Assembly: GCA_902580895.1 (NCBI GenBank)
Contig: CACHMJ010000003.1
Location: 15,362-79,361 of the forward strand
DNA: 64,000 nucleotides
Source of the DNA: an uncultured Pelagibacteraceae bacterium
GTDB taxonomy: Bacteria; Pseudomonadota; Alphaproteobacteria; Pelagibacterales; Pelagibacteraceae
Direction: 5' to 3'
In this document: positions 48,109-61,358 of the stretch, piece by piece
How the letters are laid out: every line of letters starts with the position of its first letter
Numbering within the stretch: the stretch's first letter is position 1
The notes under the pieces: generated by a model
What the model was told of the DNA's origin: nothing
The model's database searches: none
What the model saw: the letters and a program-made list of their open reading frames with translations, nothing else
Made by a program: the position numbers and the translations under genes

Positions 48109-49227
48109 ATGAATATTAGAGAGAATATAAAAACGCTTGTTATTAAAAAACCATTGAAACTTGACTGTGGTAAAACTATTAATAATTTTCCACTCGCATA
48201 TGAAACCTATGGTTCACTTAATAAAAATAAAGATAATGCAATCCTTGTTTTTCATGCGCTTACTGGTGATCAATTTGTTACGGGTATTAATCCCGTCACA
48301 AAAAAAGATGGTTGGTGGTCTTACGCAGTGGGTCCTAACAAATCAATAGATACAAATAAATATTTTGTTATTTGTGCAAATGTAATAGGTGGCTGTATGG
48401 GTTCATTTGGTCCAAGCCACAAAAATCCTGATACAAATAAAATTTACGGAACCGATTTTCCTGTAATTACTATTAATGACATGGTCAACGCACAAGTAAA
48501 CTTATTAGATCATTTTGAGATAAAAAAACTTTTTTCAGTTGTTGGTGGATCGATGGGGGGAATGCAAGTTTTGCAATTTATCAGTAATTATCCAGATAAA
48601 GCTAGTACAGTAGTACCAATCGCATGTACCTCTAATCATTCTGCTCAAAATATTGCTTTTAATGAATTGGGTAGACAAGCGATAGCATCAGATCATAACT
48701 GGTCAGACGGAAAATATTTATCTAATAATACTCTTCCTAATAAAGGGTTATCAGTAGCGAGAATGGCTGCACATATAACCTATTTGTCTAAAAAAGGTTT
48801 ACAAGAAAAATTCGGAAGAAAACTTCAAGAAAGAGATGCTCTTAAATTTGGGTTTGATGCAGATTTTCAAATAGAGAGTTATCTAAGATATCAAGGATCG
48901 GTTTTTGTAGATCGATTTGATGCTAATAGTTATCTTTATATCACAAGAGCAATGGATTATTTTGATCTAGTCAAACAATTTGATGGTAATTTATCTAATG
49001 CATTTAAAAAAACTAAGGCTAAGTTTTTTATAATATCTTTTACCTCAGACTGGCTCTATCCGACCCAGGAAAATAAAGATATAGTTATAGCTCTTAATGC
49101 AATTGGTGCTGATGTTGGATTTGTTGAAATAAAATCTGATAAGGGTCATGATTCTTTTTTATTAGATGTTCCAGACTTTTTGAAAACCCTTAAAAATTTT
49201 TTAGATAAATCTTACTCAGAGAGATAA
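48109..49227 (+). CDS. metX: Homoserine O-acyltransferase
   Basis: HALTG, GGSMGG, RFDANSY, SDWL and GHDSFL. Confidence 0.94.
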   Translation: MNIRENIKTLVIKKPLKLDCGKTINNFPLAYETYGSLNKNKDNAILVFHALTGDQFVTGINPVTKKDGWWSYAVGPNKSIDTNKYFVICANVIGGCMGSFGPSHKNPDTNKIYGTDFPVITINDMVNAQVNLLDHFEIKKLFSVVGGSMGGMQVLQFISNYPDKASTVVPIACTSNHSAQNIAFNELGRQAIASDHNWSDGKYLSNNTLPNKGLSVARMAAHITYLSKKGLQEKFGRKLQERDALKFGFDADFQIESYLRYQGSVFVDRFDANSYLYITRAMDYFDLVKQFDGNLSNAFKKTKAKFFIISFTSDWLYPTQENKDIVIALNAIGADVGFVEIKSDKGHDSFLLDVPDFLKTLKNFLDKSYSER

Positions 49228-49229
49228 TA

Positions 49230-49826
49230 GTGAAGACAGAATATAAAATAATAGTCGATTTAATAGAAGAAAAAACAAGAGTTTTAGATGTTGGTTGTGA
49301 TGATGGAACATTAATGGAGTCATTAAAAAAAGATAAAAATGTTGATGCGAGAGGAATTGAGATTTCAAAGTATAAAGTTCAAACCTGTATATCAAAAGGA
49401 CTTACTGTAATTGAAGGAAACGCGGAATTGGATTTAAAACAATTTCCAAATGATTCTTTTGATTATGTTGTTTTAGGTCAAACTTTACAAGCTTTCGTAA
49501 ATCCTGAGATTGTTATAAAAGAACTTTTAAGAGTTGGAAAAAAAGCAATCATAACAATTCCAAATTTTGGTCATTGGAAAGTAAGATTAAATTTACTTAT
49601 CAAAGGAACAATGCCGATCACAGAATCATTACCAAATGATTGGTATAACACCCCAAATATTCATATGTGTACGATTAAAGATTTTGTTAAATTTTCAAAA
49701 ATTATAAACTTTAAAATCTTTAAATCTTTAGCTCTGACAAATAAAAATATATCAAATATTAATAATTCTAATTTATTTTATAAAAATTTATTTGCAGAAT
49801 TAGGTATATTCTTAATTGAAAAATAA
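49230..49826 (+). CDS. metW: Methionine biosynthesis protein MetW
   Basis: LDVGC, QTLQ, PNFGHW and WYNTPNIH. Confidence 0.93.
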   Translation: MKTEYKIIVDLIEEKTRVLDVGCDDGTLMESLKKDKNVDARGIEISKYKVQTCISKGLTVIEGNAELDLKQFPNDSFDYVVLGQTLQAFVNPEIVIKELLRVGKKAIITIPNFGHWKVRLNLLIKGTMPITESLPNDWYNTPNIHMCTIKDFVKFSKIINFKIFKSLALTNKNISNINNSNLFYKNLFAELGIFLIEK

Positions 49827-49827
49827 G

Positions 49828-50547
49828 ATGAGAATAGAAATAATTAAGTGTTTACAAGACAATTATAGTTACCTGTTAATCGATGACACTAAAAATATTG
49901 GATGTGTTGTTGACCCTGGTGAGGCAGCTCCAATTATAAAATATGTTGAAAGTAATAATATTGAGTTAAAATATATTCTTAATACTCATCATCATTATGA
50001 TCATGTAGGTGGCAACTTAGAATTAAAGAAAAGATATAATTCTAAAATAGTTGGATTTAAAGAAGATAAAGATCGGATTCCAGAAATTGATGTACTTGTG
50101 GAAGATAATCAAAAATGGAAAGGCGAAAATTTTGAGGCGAAAATTTATCACATTCCAGGTCATACGAGTGGGCATATTGCCTTTCATTTTTTTTTGGAAA
50201 AAATAATTTTTACTGGGGATACTTTATTTTCTTTAGGATGTGGTAGAATTTTTGAGGGAACTTATGAACAGATGTTCAACTCATTAAAAAAAATAAAAGA
50301 ACTTCCGAAAGATACTCGGATATATTGCGGCCATGAATATACATTACAAAATTCAAAATTTTGTGAGTCAAACGATCCTGATAATTCAAATTTGAAAAGT
50401 AAAATTAAAGAGATTAAAGAAAAAATAAAAAATGGCCATCCTACCATTCCATCAATTTTATCTGATGAAATGGAATGCAATATATTTCTTAAAGCTAAAG
50501 ATGTTGAAAGTTTTTCAAAATTAAGAGATTTAAAGGATAATTTTTGA
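49828..50547 (+). CDS. gloB: Hydroxyacylglutathione hydrolase (glyoxalase II)
   Basis: DNY, THHHYDH, GHT, GDTLF..GCG and GHEYT. Confidence 0.93.
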   Translation: MRIEIIKCLQDNYSYLLIDDTKNIGCVVDPGEAAPIIKYVESNNIELKYILNTHHHYDHVGGNLELKKRYNSKIVGFKEDKDRIPEIDVLVEDNQKWKGENFEAKIYHIPGHTSGHIAFHFFLEKIIFTGDTLFSLGCGRIFEGTYEQMFNSLKKIKELPKDTRIYCGHEYTLQNSKFCESNDPDNSNLKSKIKEIKEKIKNGHPTIPSILSDEMECNIFLKAKDVESFSKLRDLKDNF

Positions 50548-50557
50548 TTTATAAAAC

Positions 50558-50585
50558 TTGACTATAGGCTTGCTCAGACTATATT
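50558..50585 (+). promoter_or_regulatory. sigma70 promoter of the rplU operon
   Basis: TTGACT-N16-TATATT upstream of rplU. Confidence 0.6.
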
Positions 50586-50611
50586 GCCTTAACAATATTT
50601 AGAGTATTTAT

Positions 50612-51010
50612 ATGTCATTCGCAGTAATAAAAACAGGTGGTAAACAATACAAAGTGAAATCTGGAGAGATTTTGAAAATTGAAAAATTATCAGATATTAA
50701 AAATAATTCAAAAATAGAATTTAATGAAATTTTAGCATATGGAGATGACAGTAAAATAGAAGTTGGAGCCCCAATGGTAAATGGTGCAAAAGTTGAAGCT
50801 GACTTAATTAAAAATAATAAAAATAAGACTGTACTAATTTTTAAAAAAAGAAGAAGACATAACTCAAGAAGAAAAAATGGACACAGACAGGAATATTCTA
50901 TGATTAGAATTAACAAAATTTTTTCAAAAGATGGTAAAATTCTTTCAGAGGCTGAAAAAGTTTCTAAGGTAACAAAAAAGACAGAAACAAAAAAAGAGGC
51001 TAGTAAATAA
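50612..51010 (+). CDS. rplU: 50S ribosomal protein L21
   Basis: FAVIKTGGKQY and GHRQ. Confidence 0.96.
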   Translation: MSFAVIKTGGKQYKVKSGEILKIEKLSDIKNNSKIEFNEILAYGDDSKIEVGAPMVNGAKVEADLIKNNKNKTVLIFKKRRRHNSRRKNGHRQEYSMIRINKIFSKDGKILSEAEKVSKVTKKTETKKEASK

Positions 51011-51023
51011 CTAGGAATTAATT

Positions 51024-51278
51024 ATGGCAACAAAAAAAGCAGGCGGATCCTCTAGAAATGGACGTGATAGTGCTGGACGAAGACTTGGTGTCAAAAAGTA
51101 TGGTGGACAATCTGTTATACCTGGAAATATTATTGTAAGACAAAGGGGTACAAAAATATTTCCTGGAGAAAACGTAGGAATGGGTAAAGATCACTCAATT
51201 TTTTCAGTAATAAAAGGTAAAGTAGTTTTCAAAAAAACAAAGTCAGATAGAACTTTTGTTTCAGTAAAACCCAATTAA
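51024..51278 (+). CDS. rpmA: 50S ribosomal protein L27
   Basis: [16 protein letters not shown] and RQRGT. Confidence 0.97.
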   Translation: MATKKAGGSSRNGRDSAGRRLGVKKYGGQSVIPGNIIVRQRGTKIFPGENVGMGKDHSIFSVIKGKVVFKKTKSDRTFVSVKPN

Positions 51279-51305
51279 TAGTACAACTTAAACTATTGTT
51301 GTATT

Positions 51306-52289
51306 ATGAAATTCTTAGATCAAGTTAAAATTTATGTTAAAGCTGGAAACGGTGGAGATGGTTCTCCAAGTTTCAGAAGAGAAAAATTTATAGAATATGG
51401 TGGCCCAGATGGTGGTGATGGTGGAAAAGGAGGTTCAATAATTTTAAAAGCTGAACAGAATTTAAATACTTTGATTGATTTTAGATATCAACAACATCAT
51501 AAAGCAAAGCGGGGTGAGAACGGTGCAGGACAAAACCGAACAGGTAAGAGTGGTGAAGATTTAATTTTAAAGGTTCCCTTAGGAACGCAAGTTTTTGAAG
51601 AGGATAACAAAACATTAATTTACGACTTTACACAAATTAGTGAGGAATTTATCGCTGCTGTTGGTGGTAAAGGTGGATTGGGCAATACAAGATTCAAAAG
51701 TTCTACTAATAGGGCTCCAAGAAAATTTACCAAAGGAACTCAAGGAGAAGAGTTTACAATTTGGCTTCAATTGAAAACAATCGCTGATATTGGGATTATA
51801 GGATTACCTAATGCAGGTAAGTCAAGTTTATTAGCATCTGTTACTAATGCAAATCCTAAAATTGCAAACTATCAATTTACCACTTTAAATCCAAATTTAG
51901 GAGTAGCAAATTATGATACTAAAGAAATTACAATAGCAGATATACCAGGATTAGTAGAAGGGGCTCACAAAGGTACAGGCCTTGGAATTCAGTTTTTAAA
52001 ACATATTGAGAGATGTAAATCTCTTTTACATTTAATTGACATTACAAGTGAAGATTTAAAAAAAAGCTATCTACAAGTAAAAAATGAGCTTAAAAAATAT
52101 AGTAACAAACTCACTAAAAAAAAAGAATTAATCGTGTTGAACAAAACAGATCTTATTGATGAAAAAGAAGTTAATCACATAATTAAAGATTTTAAAAAAA
52201 ATACTAAATCAGAAGTTATTGCAGTATCAACATTCAATAAATCTTCAGTATTAAAAATCAAATCAAAATTATTAAATTATGTATCTTAA
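51306..52289 (+). CDS. obgE: GTPase Obg/CgtA
   Basis: Gly-rich Obg fold, GLPNAGKS, DIPG and NKTD. Confidence 0.96.
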   Translation: MKFLDQVKIYVKAGNGGDGSPSFRREKFIEYGGPDGGDGGKGGSIILKAEQNLNTLIDFRYQQHHKAKRGENGAGQNRTGKSGEDLILKVPLGTQVFEEDNKTLIYDFTQISEEFIAAVGGKGGLGNTRFKSSTNRAPRKFTKGTQGEEFTIWLQLKTIADIGIIGLPNAGKSSLLASVTNANPKIANYQFTTLNPNLGVANYDTKEITIADIPGLVEGAHKGTGLGIQFLKHIERCKSLLHLIDITSEDLKKSYLQVKNELKKYSNKLTKKKELIVLNKTDLIDEKEVNHIIKDFKKNTKSEVIAVSTFNKSSVLKIKSKLLNYVS

Positions 52290-53385
52290 AAACTCAAAAA
52301 AAATTGTTATCAAGATCGGATCTTCACTTTTATTTAATCAAGATAAAAAAATAAGAAAAAAATGGCTCTCTAGCCTTGCGAAAGATATAAAAAAATTAAG
52401 ATCGAATAATCAAAAAGTTATAGTTGTTTCTTCAGGCGCAATAGCCCTTGGATGTAAAAAAATGAATTATAATAAAAAAAATCTTAAACTAGATAAAAGT
52501 CAAGCAATTGCATCTATAGGACAAATTGAATTGATGAATTTGTTCTTAGAAACGTTTTCAAAATATAATTTAGATATTTCTCAAATTTTACTTACCCTTG
52601 ACGATACCGAGGAGAGAAGAAGATCAATTAATGCAAAAAGAACTTTTGAAAACTTATTCGATCTTGATTTCATCCCTATTGTTAATGAGAATGATACTAT
52701 TGCTACATCTGAAATTAAATACGGAGATAATGATAGACTTGCCTCTAGAGTAGCTCAAATTACAAATGCAGATACCCTAATATTACTCTCGGATGTAGAT
52801 GGTTTATACACAAAAAACCCAAAAAAATTCAAAGATGCTCAGTTAATTAAGAAAGTAATTGATTTAGACAAAGTTATTAAGAGTATAAATATCAAAGGTA
52901 TGACAGAATTAGGAAGTGGTGGCATGAATACAAAAATCGAAGCTGCTAAAATTTGTAATTTAGCTGGTTGCAATATGGTAATAGCAAATGGGTTAAGTCT
53001 TAATCCTATTGATCGTATCCAGAGTGAAAATAACTGCACATGGTTTATTTCTAAAATACCTAAAATGCATGCAAGAAAAAAGTGGATAATCAGCTCGATT
53101 TCTCCTAAAGGTGAACTTATAATTGATGATGGGGCGAAAAAAGCTCTTCATAGTGGAAAAAGTTTATTGGCGGCTGGAATTAAAAAAGTGGTTGGTAAAT
53201 TTAATAAGGGAGATCATATTAAAATCCTAGATAATAAAAAAAAAGAGTTTGCTCGTGGACTTAGCTCTTTTTCATCCAAAGAAATAAATTTAATTATGGG
53301 CTGTCACTCGAATGAAATACAAAAAATTTTAGGATACGTGTCAAAATCTGAGGTGGTGCATAAAGATGATATGGTGGAAATCTAA
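52279..53385 (+). CDS. proB: Glutamate 5-kinase (with PUA domain)
   Basis: KIGSS, SSGA, NEND, GDND and GGM.TK. Confidence 0.95.
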   Translation: MYLKNSKKIVIKIGSSLLFNQDKKIRKKWLSSLAKDIKKLRSNNQKVIVVSSGAIALGCKKMNYNKKNLKLDKSQAIASIGQIELMNLFLETFSKYNLDISQILLTLDDTEERRRSINAKRTFENLFDLDFIPIVNENDTIATSEIKYGDNDRLASRVAQITNADTLILLSDVDGLYTKNPKKFKDAQLIKKVIDLDKVIKSINIKGMTELGSGGMNTKIEAAKICNLAGCNMVIANGLSLNPIDRIQSENNCTWFISKIPKMHARKKWIISSISPKGELIIDDGAKKALHSGKSLLAAGIKKVVGKFNKGDHIKILDNKKKEFARGLSSFSSKEINLIMGCHSNEIQKILGYVSKSEVVHKDDMVEI

Positions 53386-54635
53386 TGAGAAAGATATTAA
53401 TTAATATTGGTGAAAGATCTAAACAAGCTTTTGCTCAGCCAATAAATACTTATAAAAAAAATAAAGTTTTAAGTGATTATCTTAAAATAATAAGAAAAAA
53501 TAAGCACTTAATTCTTAAAGAAAATAAAAAAGATGTCGATCGGGCTATCAAAATAAAGCTAAGAGATAATTTAATAAACCGACTAATTTTAAATGAAAAA
53601 AAAATCTTGAGTATTATTAATTCAATCCAAAAAATAATTAAGTTAAAGGATCCAGTTCATAATGTTATTGAAAGATGGAAAAGACCTAATGGACTTGTAT
53701 TTTCAAAAATATCAATCCCGATAGGAGTAATAAGTGTAATTTATGAAAGTAGACCAAATGTAACCTCGGATGTAGCATCATTATGTTTTAAATCTGGAAA
53801 TCCAGTTATTTTGAAAGGTGGTTCTGAGGCCTTTTATTCTAATAAAATTTTATCAAATTTATTCAGAAAAGCTTTGAAGATTAATAAAGTTAATCAAAAC
53901 TTTGTTCAATTCATCGATATAAAGAATAGAAAAGTGGTAGATTTTTTGCTCACTAAAATGACAAATTCTATTGATGTAATCATACCAAGAGGGGGTAGAA
54001 ATTTAGTTAAAAAAGTACAAAACATTTCTAAAATTCCAACTATTGGTCACTTAGAAGGTGTTTGTCATTCATATGTAGATAAAGATGCGGATCCCAAGAT
54101 TGCTACCAAAGTAATAGTAAATGCAAAATTAAGAAATACAGCGATTTGTGGAGCAACTGAAACAATTTTGCTTAATGAGCGTATAATCAAAAAGTTTGGA
54201 TCTCATATATTAAAGATATTAGAGGAAAAAGGTTGTCAGATTATTGGTGATAATAAAATACGAAAAATTTACAAAGGTAAAATCAAAAAAGCATCAATCA
54301 AAGATTGGTCAAAAGAATATTTATCTGCTACCGTTTCTGTAAAATCAGTCAAAAACTTACAAGAAGCTATTTCTCATATTAATAAATATGGAACTATGCA
54401 TACTGATTGTATTATTACTAAAAACAAAAAAACTGCTAAAAAATTTTTAATGGGAGTTAAAAGTTCAATAGCGATGCACAATACATCTACACAATTTGCA
54501 GATGGTGGTGAGTTTGGATTTGGTGGTGAGGTTGGAATTTCAACAAATGTTCTTCCACCAAGAGGCCCTGTAGGACTTGGACAACTAATTTCCTACAAAT
54601 ATCAAGTAACAAGTAATGGTAAAATTAGAAAGTAA
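53385..54635 (+). CDS. proA: Gamma-glutamyl phosphate reductase
   Basis: YESRPNVT, IPRGG, ICGATE, DGGEFG and RGPVGL. Confidence 0.95.
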   Translation: MRKILINIGERSKQAFAQPINTYKKNKVLSDYLKIIRKNKHLILKENKKDVDRAIKIKLRDNLINRLILNEKKILSIINSIQKIIKLKDPVHNVIERWKRPNGLVFSKISIPIGVISVIYESRPNVTSDVASLCFKSGNPVILKGGSEAFYSNKILSNLFRKALKINKVNQNFVQFIDIKNRKVVDFLLTKMTNSIDVIIPRGGRNLVKKVQNISKIPTIGHLEGVCHSYVDKDADPKIATKVIVNAKLRNTAICGATETILLNERIIKKFGSHILKILEEKGCQIIGDNKIRKIYKGKIKKASIKDWSKEYLSATVSVKSVKNLQEAISHINKYGTMHTDCIITKNKKTAKKFLMGVKSSIAMHNTSTQFADGGEFGFGGEVGISTNVLPPRGPVGLGQLISYKYQVTSNGKIRK

Positions 54636-55158
54636 ATTGGTTACAAAAAGAAATAAAATTGGGATCCTAGGTGGGTCCTTCGATCCTGCACACAAAGGTC
54701 ACTTAACTATCTCAAAAGAAGCAATTAAAAGATTTAAATTACGAAATGTTATTTGGGCAATAACAAAAAAAAATCCTTTTAAAAAAAAAACGTATGCAAG
54801 TTTGGATAATAGAATCAAGTATTGCAAAAAAATTATTGGATCAAGTAAATTGATTAAAGTAAAATTTTATGAAGACACAATTAAATCGAATAAAACTTTT
54901 GATTTGATAAAACATATTTCAAAGAACAAAAAAAACAAAATTTATTTTATAATGGGAGCTGATAATTTAATAAAATTTCACAAATGGTATAAATGGAAAT
55001 TAATTTCACAGAAATGTAAAATAATAGTATTTGATAGGCATGGTTATAAAAAAAAATCATTAAATTCAACTACATATAAAAGATTAAATAGAGAAAATTT
55101 GAAATTTATGGAATTTGAAAAGGTCAATATTTCTTCTTCTCAATTGAGAAAAATTTGA
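54616..55158 (+). CDS. nadD: Nicotinate-nucleotide adenylyltransferase
   Basis: GGSFDPAHKGH, MGADN and ISSSQLR. Confidence 0.92.
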   Translation: MVKLESKLVTKRNKIGILGGSFDPAHKGHLTISKEAIKRFKLRNVIWAITKKNPFKKKTYASLDNRIKYCKKIIGSSKLIKVKFYEDTIKSNKTFDLIKHISKNKKNKIYFIMGADNLIKFHKWYKWKLISQKCKIIVFDRHGYKKKSLNSTTYKRLNRENLKFMEFEKVNISSSQLRKI

Positions 55159-55175
55159 TATGGTTTAGTTAATTA

Positions 55176-55526
55176 ATGGACAAAATTTCTGACTTAAAAA
55201 AAATCATAATCCAAACTTTAGATATCAATAAAGCTTTAGACATTGTTAGCATCGATCTTAAAGATAAAAGTTCGATGGCTGAATACATGATTATTGCAAG
55301 TGGTACGTCATCTAGACATATCCAGTCACTTTCTGAACAAGTTTTAGAAAAATTCAAAGACTATGGAATGAAAGATACAAAAATCGAGGGAAAAGATAGT
55401 GCTGAGTGGAAACTGGTGGATGGAATAGATCTAATTGTCCACATATTTCATCCAGAAAAAAGAAAATTTTATGAACTAGAAAAAATGTGGTCAGAATTTA
55501 TTCCAAAAGAAAAGCTTATAATATGA
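55176..55526 (+). CDS. rsfS: Ribosome silencing factor
   Basis: KA.DI, IASGTS.RH, W.LVD and YELEKMW. Confidence 0.93.
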   Translation: MDKISDLKKIIIQTLDINKALDIVSIDLKDKSSMAEYMIIASGTSSRHIQSLSEQVLEKFKDYGMKDTKIEGKDSAEWKLVDGIDLIVHIFHPEKRKFYELEKMWSEFIPKEKLII

Positions 55527-56662
55527 GGAAAATTTTTTTTATTATCAGTATATTTTTCCTAAAGTTTTCAATTTTTAATCCTGTCGTTGCAGCTGAAAAT
55601 GATGTTTATAAGAAAATAGATTTATTTGGAGAAGTATTAGAAAAAATTAATAAAGAATATGTAGATGAAATAAATCAATCTGAAAGTATGGATGCGGCAA
55701 TAGATGGTTTGCTTCAATCACTAGATCCTTACTCTGCATATATGTCACCTGAAATTTTTAACGAAATGCAGACTGAAACAAGTGGTGAATTTGGTGGCTT
55801 GGGAATAGAAGTAAATATGGAGTCTGGGGTTGTAAAAGTAATTTCCCCTATTGACGATACTCCAGCGTCTAGAGCTGGAATTAAAGCTGGTGACTACATC
55901 ATTAAGATAGATGATATTCAGGTACAAGGTAAATCTCTAAGTGAGGCTGTAGACTTGATGAGAGGACCTGTAGGTTCATCAATTATTTTAACTGTAAGAA
56001 GAATTGGACAAAAAAAGGCTTTAACATTCGAAATTGTAAGAGAAATTATTCAAATTAAATCAGTTAAAGCTGATCTTTTAAAAAATAACGTTGGTTATCT
56101 AAGATTAACTTCCTTCAATGAAAATAGTGGTGATCAAATAAGAGAACAAATTAGAGAATTTGAAAAAAATGAAAATATAAATTCATATATACTGGATTTA
56201 AGGAATAATCCTGGGGGGTTGTTATCACAAGCTATAAGGATATCAGATTTTTTTTTAGATAATGGGGAGATTGTATCTACTAAAAGTAGAAAAGCATCTG
56301 AAAATAGAAAATGGTTTGCCAAAAAAGGAGATTTGATAGGTGGCAAAACTTTGGTTGTATTAATAAATTACGGTTCTGCATCTGCTTCAGAAATAGTTGC
56401 TGGAGCACTACAAGATCATAAAAGAGCAATTATTTTAGGCGAAAATAGTTATGGAAAGGGTTCAGTGCAATCAATTATTCCACTAAAGAATAAAGGAGCA
56501 ATAAGACTCACTGTTGCAAAATATTACCTACCGTCAGGCAAATCAATTTCTGAAGTTGGAGTAAGTCCTGACATTGAGATTGATGAAGATACGGATGAAT
56601 TTAGGATTAAGACAGACACTGATAATCAACTAAGCTACGCATTAAAACTTTTAAACGGTTAA
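55523..56662 (+). CDS. ctpA: C-terminal processing protease (S41A)
   Basis: Signal peptide, PDZ GGLG, DLRNNPGG, SASASE and GKGSVQ; ATGA overlap with rsfS. Confidence 0.9.
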   Translation: MRKIFFIISIFFLKFSIFNPVVAAENDVYKKIDLFGEVLEKINKEYVDEINQSESMDAAIDGLLQSLDPYSAYMSPEIFNEMQTETSGEFGGLGIEVNMESGVVKVISPIDDTPASRAGIKAGDYIIKIDDIQVQGKSLSEAVDLMRGPVGSSIILTVRRIGQKKALTFEIVREIIQIKSVKADLLKNNVGYLRLTSFNENSGDQIREQIREFEKNENINSYILDLRNNPGGLLSQAIRISDFFLDNGEIVSTKSRKASENRKWFAKKGDLIGGKTLVVLINYGSASASEIVAGALQDHKRAIILGENSYGKGSVQSIIPLKNKGAIRLTVAKYYLPSGKSISEVGVSPDIEIDEDTDEFRIKTDTDNQLSYALKLLNG

Positions 56663-57148
56663 ATGAAAGAGCAATATAAAAATCTACCACTCCGTAGTGG
56701 TGTAGGCATTGTTGTTCTTAATCAAGAAGATAAAATTTTCGTTGCAAGAAGAATAGATAATCCAAAAAACTTCTGGCAAATGCCACAAGGAGGTATTGAT
56801 GAAGGTGAGGATTTTCTTACCGCCGCATACAGGGAGTTAAAGGAAGAGACTAGTATTACAAAAGTAGAGCTAATTAAAGAATTAGATGGTTTTATAACAT
56901 ATGAATTACCAGATCACTTATTGGGTATAATTTGGAAGGGTAAGTATAAAGGACAAAAACAGAAATGGTTTATAATGAAGTTTACTGGAGAGGATAGTGA
57001 AATAAATATTAAAACAAAAAAACCTGAATTTCTTGAATGGAAATGGATTGATTTAGAATCCTTAACAAAAGTTGTGGTAGATTTTAAATTACACGTCTAT
57101 CAAGAAGTTAAAAAAAAATTAGAGTTATTATTAGTTAATCGATCTTAG
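56663..57148 (+). CDS. rppH: RNA pyrophosphohydrolase
   Basis: WQMPQGG, Nudix box RELKEE and GQKQKW. Confidence 0.92.
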   Translation: MKEQYKNLPLRSGVGIVVLNQEDKIFVARRIDNPKNFWQMPQGGIDEGEDFLTAAYRELKEETSITKVELIKELDGFITYELPDHLLGIIWKGKYKGQKQKWFIMKFTGEDSEINIKTKKPEFLEWKWIDLESLTKVVVDFKLHVYQEVKKKLELLLVNRS

Positions 57149-57522
57149 AACTTCGACTTTTTGATCTGCTAAATATTTAGCCTGATCACTTATCTCAGGT
57201 TTGCTTGCTTCAGCTTCAGCTTTTTTGAGTAAATCCTCTTGTTTAGATTTATCTAAATCTGTCACAGAGAATATTGTGCTTGTTAAGATAGATAAATTAT
57301 TATTTTTAAATTCAATAATTCCATCTTCTACATAATAATTTTCATCACCGGATTTCGAAAATATTTTAATTATCCCAGGTTTTAAAAAAGAAATAATAGA
57401 TATGTGATCTTTTAAAATCCCCATTTCACCCTCAAACGCAGGTACAACAACCTCTAAAACATCTTCTTTTACTAAAAAAGATTTTTCTGGGTTTACAATT
57501 TCAATTTTAAACTCTTCACTCA

Positions 57523-57523
<1 letters not shown>
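57131..57523 (-). CDS. atpC: ATP synthase epsilon subunit
   Basis: IVNPE and GEMGIL..H; last gene of the atp operon; TGATG coupling. Confidence 0.92.
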
Positions 57524-59816
<2,293 letters not shown>

Positions 59817-59822
59817 ATTATA

Positions 59823-61358
59823 TTAAGATTTAAAGGTTCCTTTCAGCTGAGTAATTACTTCTACCAATAGCTTTTCTTTATCTTCATCAAGTTTTCCAGT
59901 GCTTTGAATTGCTTCAATTATTTCAGGTTTATCTGATTTACATTTATTAATAATTTTGCTTTCAAACTCCGATACATCTTTTAAATCGATATCATCGAGA
60001 TAACCTTTAACACCGCAGAAAACTGATATTACTTGCTCAGCAACAGTCAATGGTGAGTATTGTTTTTGTTTTAGAAGCTCAGTTAGTTTTGAGCCCCTAT
60101 TTAAAAGTTGTTGTGTAGATGCATCCAAATCAGATCCAAATTGAGCAAATGCTGCCATTTCTCTGTATTGTGCTAATTCTAGTTTCATCGATCCCGAAAC
60201 TTTTTTCATAGCTTTTGTTTGAGCTGATGATCCGACTCTAGATACTGATAATCCAACGTTAATTGCTGGTCTTATACCTTGGTTAAATAATTCTGTTTCT
60301 AAGAATATTTGACCATCAGTAATTGAAATTACATTAGTAGGAATAAATGCAGAAACATCTCCCCCTTGTGTTTCAATAATTGGAAGTGCTGTTAATGAAC
60401 CACCACCGTGTTCATCGCTTAATTTTGCAGCTCTTTCAAGTAATCTACTATGTAGATAAAATACATCTCCCGGATAAGCCTCACGGCCTGGAGGTCTTCT
60501 CAATAATAGAGACATTTGTCTGTACGCAACAGCTTGTTTAGATAAATCATCATAGATAATAAGTGCATGCATTCCATTATCTCTAAAATATTCACCCATA
60601 GCACATCCTGTATATGGTGCTAAAAATTGTAATGGAGCAGAGTCTGATGCTGTAGCTGCAACAATAGTTGTGTACTCCATTGCTCCTGCTTCTTCTAAAG
60701 TTTTTTGAATTTGTCTTACCGTTGATCTTTTTTGCCCAACCGCAACATAAATACAATATAATTTTTGCTTTTCATCACCAGATTCATTTATTTTTTTTTG
60801 ATTAATAATTGCATCCACAGCAACTGCAGTTTTACCTGTTTGTCTGTCACCAATAATTAATTCCCTTTGACCTCTTCCAATTGGAACCAAACTATCGATT
60901 GATTTTAATCCAGTTTGCATTGGTTCATTGACTGATTGACGAGGAATAATTCCTGGTGCTTTTACTTCTACTCTAGTTTTTTTAATATTTTTATCAAATG
61001 GACCTTTTCCATCAATAGGATTACCTAAGCCGTCTACAACTCTTCCTAACAATTCCTTTCCAACAGGAGTATCAACAATGTTACCCGTACGTTTTACTAC
61101 ATCACCCTCTTTTACATTTCTATCATCACCAAAAATTACAACACCAACATTTTCACTTTCTAAGTTAAGAGCCATCCCTTTTGATCCATCTGCAAATTCC
61201 ACCATTTCACCAGCTTGCACATTATCCAAACCATAAATTCTTGCGATACCATCTCCAACTGATAATACCTGCCCTACTTCTGCAACTTCGGCTTTTTCAC
61301 CAAAATTTTTGATTTGTTCTTTTAATATTTTTGTAACTTCTGAAGGATTTATTTCCAT
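59823..61358 (-). CDS. atpA: ATP synthase alpha subunit
   Basis: GDRQTGKT and [10 protein letters not shown]. Confidence 0.98.
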   Translation of the reverse strand: MEINPSEVTKILKEQIKNFGEKAEVAEVGQVLSVGDGIARIYGLDNVQAGEMVEFADGSKGMALNLESENVGVVIFGDDRNVKEGDVVKRTGNIVDTPVGKELLGRVVDGLGNPIDGKGPFDKNIKKTRVEVKAPGIIPRQSVNEPMQTGLKSIDSLVPIGRGQRELIIGDRQTGKTAVAVDAIINQKKINESGDEKQKLYCIYVAVGQKRSTVRQIQKTLEEAGAMEYTTIVAATASDSAPLQFLAPYTGCAMGEYFRDNGMHALIIYDDLSKQAVAYRQMSLLLRRPPGREAYPGDVFYLHSRLLERAAKLSDEHGGGSLTALPIIETQGGDVSAFIPTNVISITDGQIFLETELFNQGIRPAINVGLSVSRVGSSAQTKAMKKVSGSMKLELAQYREMAAFAQFGSDLDASTQQLLNRGSKLTELLKQKQYSPLTVAEQVISVFCGVKGYLDDIDLKDVSEFESKIINKCKSDKPEIIEAIQSTGKLDEDKEKLLVEVITQLKGTFKS

